A DNA stretch of 64,000 nt, taken from contig NC_092671.1 in assembly GCF_964355755.1 (NCBI RefSeq), forward strand, positions 24,316,070 through 24,380,069, written 5' to 3'. Shown here piece by piece: positions 60,952-64,000 of this stretch. The stretch is from Antedon mediterranea. Its lineage: Eukaryota; Animalia; Echinodermata. The notes below the pieces were generated by a model. That model ran no database searches. It saw only the letters and a program-made list of their open reading frames with translations, and was not told where the DNA came from. A program made the position numbers and the translations under genes. The stretch's first letter is position 1. Each line of letters opens with the position of its first letter.

Positions 60952-63900
60952 AGATCGAAGACCGAAGACCTCGAAAGCGAAGACCCTACGAAATGGTAGT
61001 GTGCACAAAATCCGACCAAAATCATACAAAATCGTGATAACACCTTGAATTTACAGATCCTGAAAAAATATTTCAATTTTAATCGTTATATTAAAAAAAA
61101 TCATGACTTTATCTATGAACAAGCTCACATGTTTTCGCCAATGGAGTTAATATGTGATATAGTTTTACGAACAAACACATCGTGCTATTTGCAAGGCGAC
61201 GGACGCACAAGAAGGACCTCGCACATGAAATGTCACTTGTTCCGATAACAATTTAAAATCATAGCCAATTGTTTATAAGTATAGAAATAAACTACAGTAA
61301 GTAAATTGTAAGAAGTAAAGGATGGCGGTAGGCCCGGTATTTAGGTTTATTTTAGAGCCTATAGGCCTATAAAAAGTGTCCGTATCATAGATTTTACACT
61401 TGCTTTTAAATGTTAGGTACAGAGATCTTTTTTGCATTTAAATACTGATGTTGCTATGTGTTTTTTATCTATAATATTTGCCTATTGTTTATTATCTAAA
61501 TGTATGAATAAATACAATAAGATATTCATTTTCCTGTATTGTATTTAAACTTTTACATTTTCCCATTGTAACTATTGCTATTTTACTTAATCGCCAGTTT
61601 CAAAATGTTTTCTAATGTATTCATAATAGACAAATAATAGGGCCTACAGGTATATCAGTATCAGAATATTTAGTGTGGTTGGAGAAGCGACAGATGATGT
61701 AAAGAAAAATGTAAATTTTTTTTTGGTTAATGAAATATTTATTTTCCTTAAAAGGAAAATAAATATTTCATTAACCAACGTATGAACCACTAAACCAAAA
61801 AAATTCTGCCGCAACGTATCGTTGGCGCGCGCAACAGAAAATCTATCCATCTATCTTCTATCTATTTTGCATCCCCTCTTACTGTACGATCGAGAATCAT
61901 GATGAACGTAATAAAGCAGAAATAGTGTTGAACACATCGGTTTCCACTTGTGATGACACGCAACGTTATTTTCTTACGGCGCACTTTGCGTCGATCTGAA
62001 AACCAATTACAGCTCTTAAAATATTTCCCGGGCCAATGACAGTTCGTCCCAATAGCTTACCGTGAACTAACGGAACTTTATTTTATATCTTTGTATTGTC
62101 AAAGTAAAAAATAATACTGTATTCAAATTATGATTTGACAAAAGGCTAATACTGTAGAACGAACGATAGACATCACACTCTGAAAATTTTTCTTGATCGT
62201 TAACCCGTTATAATAGTATAATTCTGTTAGATTTGTTTGTATTAGTGTCAATTCTATATTTAAATGGTCAACAACCGGTAACCTGTTTCTTAATTAAAAT
62301 TTTATGTTTTCTTTTTTTAATGGACACTCATGGCAGGGATGCAAACATTTAGAAGCGGGACGTCGACAATCTGTTGAAAATCGGGAGACTGTTGAATAGT
62401 CGTCTCAACCACAAGCCTGTGAGATAGAAGGTTGGGGGTTAGAGTGGTTAAGCCCGATAAACATTCACCATCACTTAATAAAGATTTATAGAGAGTATCT
62501 CTTTTTGTATTCACCACGGGCAATGCTTGAAAACAAAAGTCAGTTTTTTATTTGATGATGAGGAAAATTGTGGTTGGCGGGACTGGAACTTAATTAAACT
62601 AATCTTTTGACAGTGTCGGTAAACGTAATACCGATATGAATAAACACCCGTTTTAATATTTAAAAAAAATTAAACGTGAACACACTATCGTCACTAATCA
62701 CATTGCAACCGTAACAAAATCGGCAACTTGTAATTTTGGAGGGAATATTTTTTATTTCAATCTTTGTTTTGAATGGCTTTTGTCTTTGTGAACGTTGACA
62801 TAATGGCATAATTATTCGGAATTATGGAAGCCGTGAAACAGATGATATGTCGCAGGAAACGACCGATTTATAACCAAAATTTGCAGAACGCTGATGCCTA
62901 TATCGTTCGTTCTTTTTACTTCTTGTCAAATCATAATTTGAATATATTCTGACAAATTTGGCCCGGGAAATATTTTAAGAGCTGGAATTAGTTTCCAGAT
63001 CGACGCAAAGTGCGCCTTAAGAACAAACTTGCGTGTCAACATAAGTGGGAACCGACGTGTTCAACACCGACTGCTTTACGTTCATCATGATTCTCGATCG
63101 TAAGAGGGGATGCAAAAATAGATAGAAGAGTATTTTCTGATGTTGCGCGCGCGTCAATACAATACGTTGCGGTAGGATGTTTTCGTTTAGTAGTTCACGT
63201 TGGTTAATGAAATATTTATTTTACATTTTTCTTCTTTACATAGTACTGTCGCTTCGCCAACCACACTAACCGATACTGATAATATTATTTGTCCATTATG
63301 AATACATTAGAAAAACATTTTTAAACTGGCGAATAATTAAATCAGTAATACTGTAGTATTGGCTACAATGGGGAAAATGTACAAGTTTAAAATACTATAG
63401 GCCTATACAGAATAACTAAAGGAAAATAAATATCTTATTGTATTTATTCATACATTTAGACAATAGGCAAATATTATAGATAATAAACATACATCAACAT
63501 AATAATATTTAAATGCAAAAAAAAAAGATCTCTAAGTTGTATTCACGCGTACGTATAACATTTTTAAAAACAAGTGTAAAATCTATGATACGGACACTTT
63601 TTATAGGCCTAGGCCTATAGGCTCTAAAATTAGGCTAAATAAGCATATGGCCATCCTTTACTTCTTACAATTTACTTACTTTAATTTATTTACTTTACTG
63701 TAGTTTATTTCTATACTTTTCTATACAGTTGGCTATGGCTTTAAATTGTAGGGGACGTGTGCTACAATGCTAAGTTATCGGAAAAAGTGACATTTAATAT
63801 TGCATTCAATTCGAGGTCCTTCTTGTGTGTCCGTCGCCTTGCAAATAGCGCGATGTGTTTGTTCGTAAAACTATATCACATATTAACTCCATTAGCGAAA

Positions 63901-64000
63901 ACACGTGAGCTTGTTCATAGCTAGATAAAGTCATGTTTTTTGATAACATAACGATTAAAATCGAAATATTTTTTTAGAATCTGTAAATTCAAGGTGTTAT

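Larger units (their letters stand above)
59401..64000. mobile_element. Large foldback DNA element with >1-kb TIRs (MULE-like), running off the window
   Basis: Starts GGGGTGTGTCGAAAGCGAAGACCTCG; 61037-62036 is the reverse complement of 62958-64000; spacer about 0.9 kb with no recognisable transposase. Confidence 0.78.

Overview
AT-rich, intron-containing animal DNA. The peptide similarity below suggests a marine invertebrate, probably an echinoderm (inference). Two host genes lie on the + strand. (1) The last 13 coding exons of a PLD1/2-type phospholipase D (1482-15223), with both HKD motifs, all splice phases consistent, ending in PTKLWT-stop. (2) An intact insulin/relaxin-family precursor resembling starfish relaxin-like gonad-stimulating peptide (RGP/GSS). 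Its exons are 39013-39162 and 39740-39909, and it is most likely started by a 7-nt coding micro-exon at 24979-24985 behind a TATA box, across a 14-kb TE-filled intron. The rest is a layered transposon graveyard: a hAT relic, several LINE fragments, an L1/Tx1 with a 14-bp TSD in the peptide gene's 3' region, and SINEs. It also holds Helentron/DINE-like elements sharing a core, three Helitron copies, an AcademX-like foldback with a 55-bp micro-MITE, a TTAA-flanked element, BEL/Pao and Gypsy relics, nested MULE-like foldbacks and a 1.65-kb (GAT/GGT)n tract. The most unusual signal is a very high density of TA-GGCC-TA, TA-CAG/CTG-TA and TA-CCG-TA words. In pairs of repeat copies these behave as insertions at TA dinucleotides, as expected of DNA-transposon excision footprints. 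All alignments and counts were done by eye.
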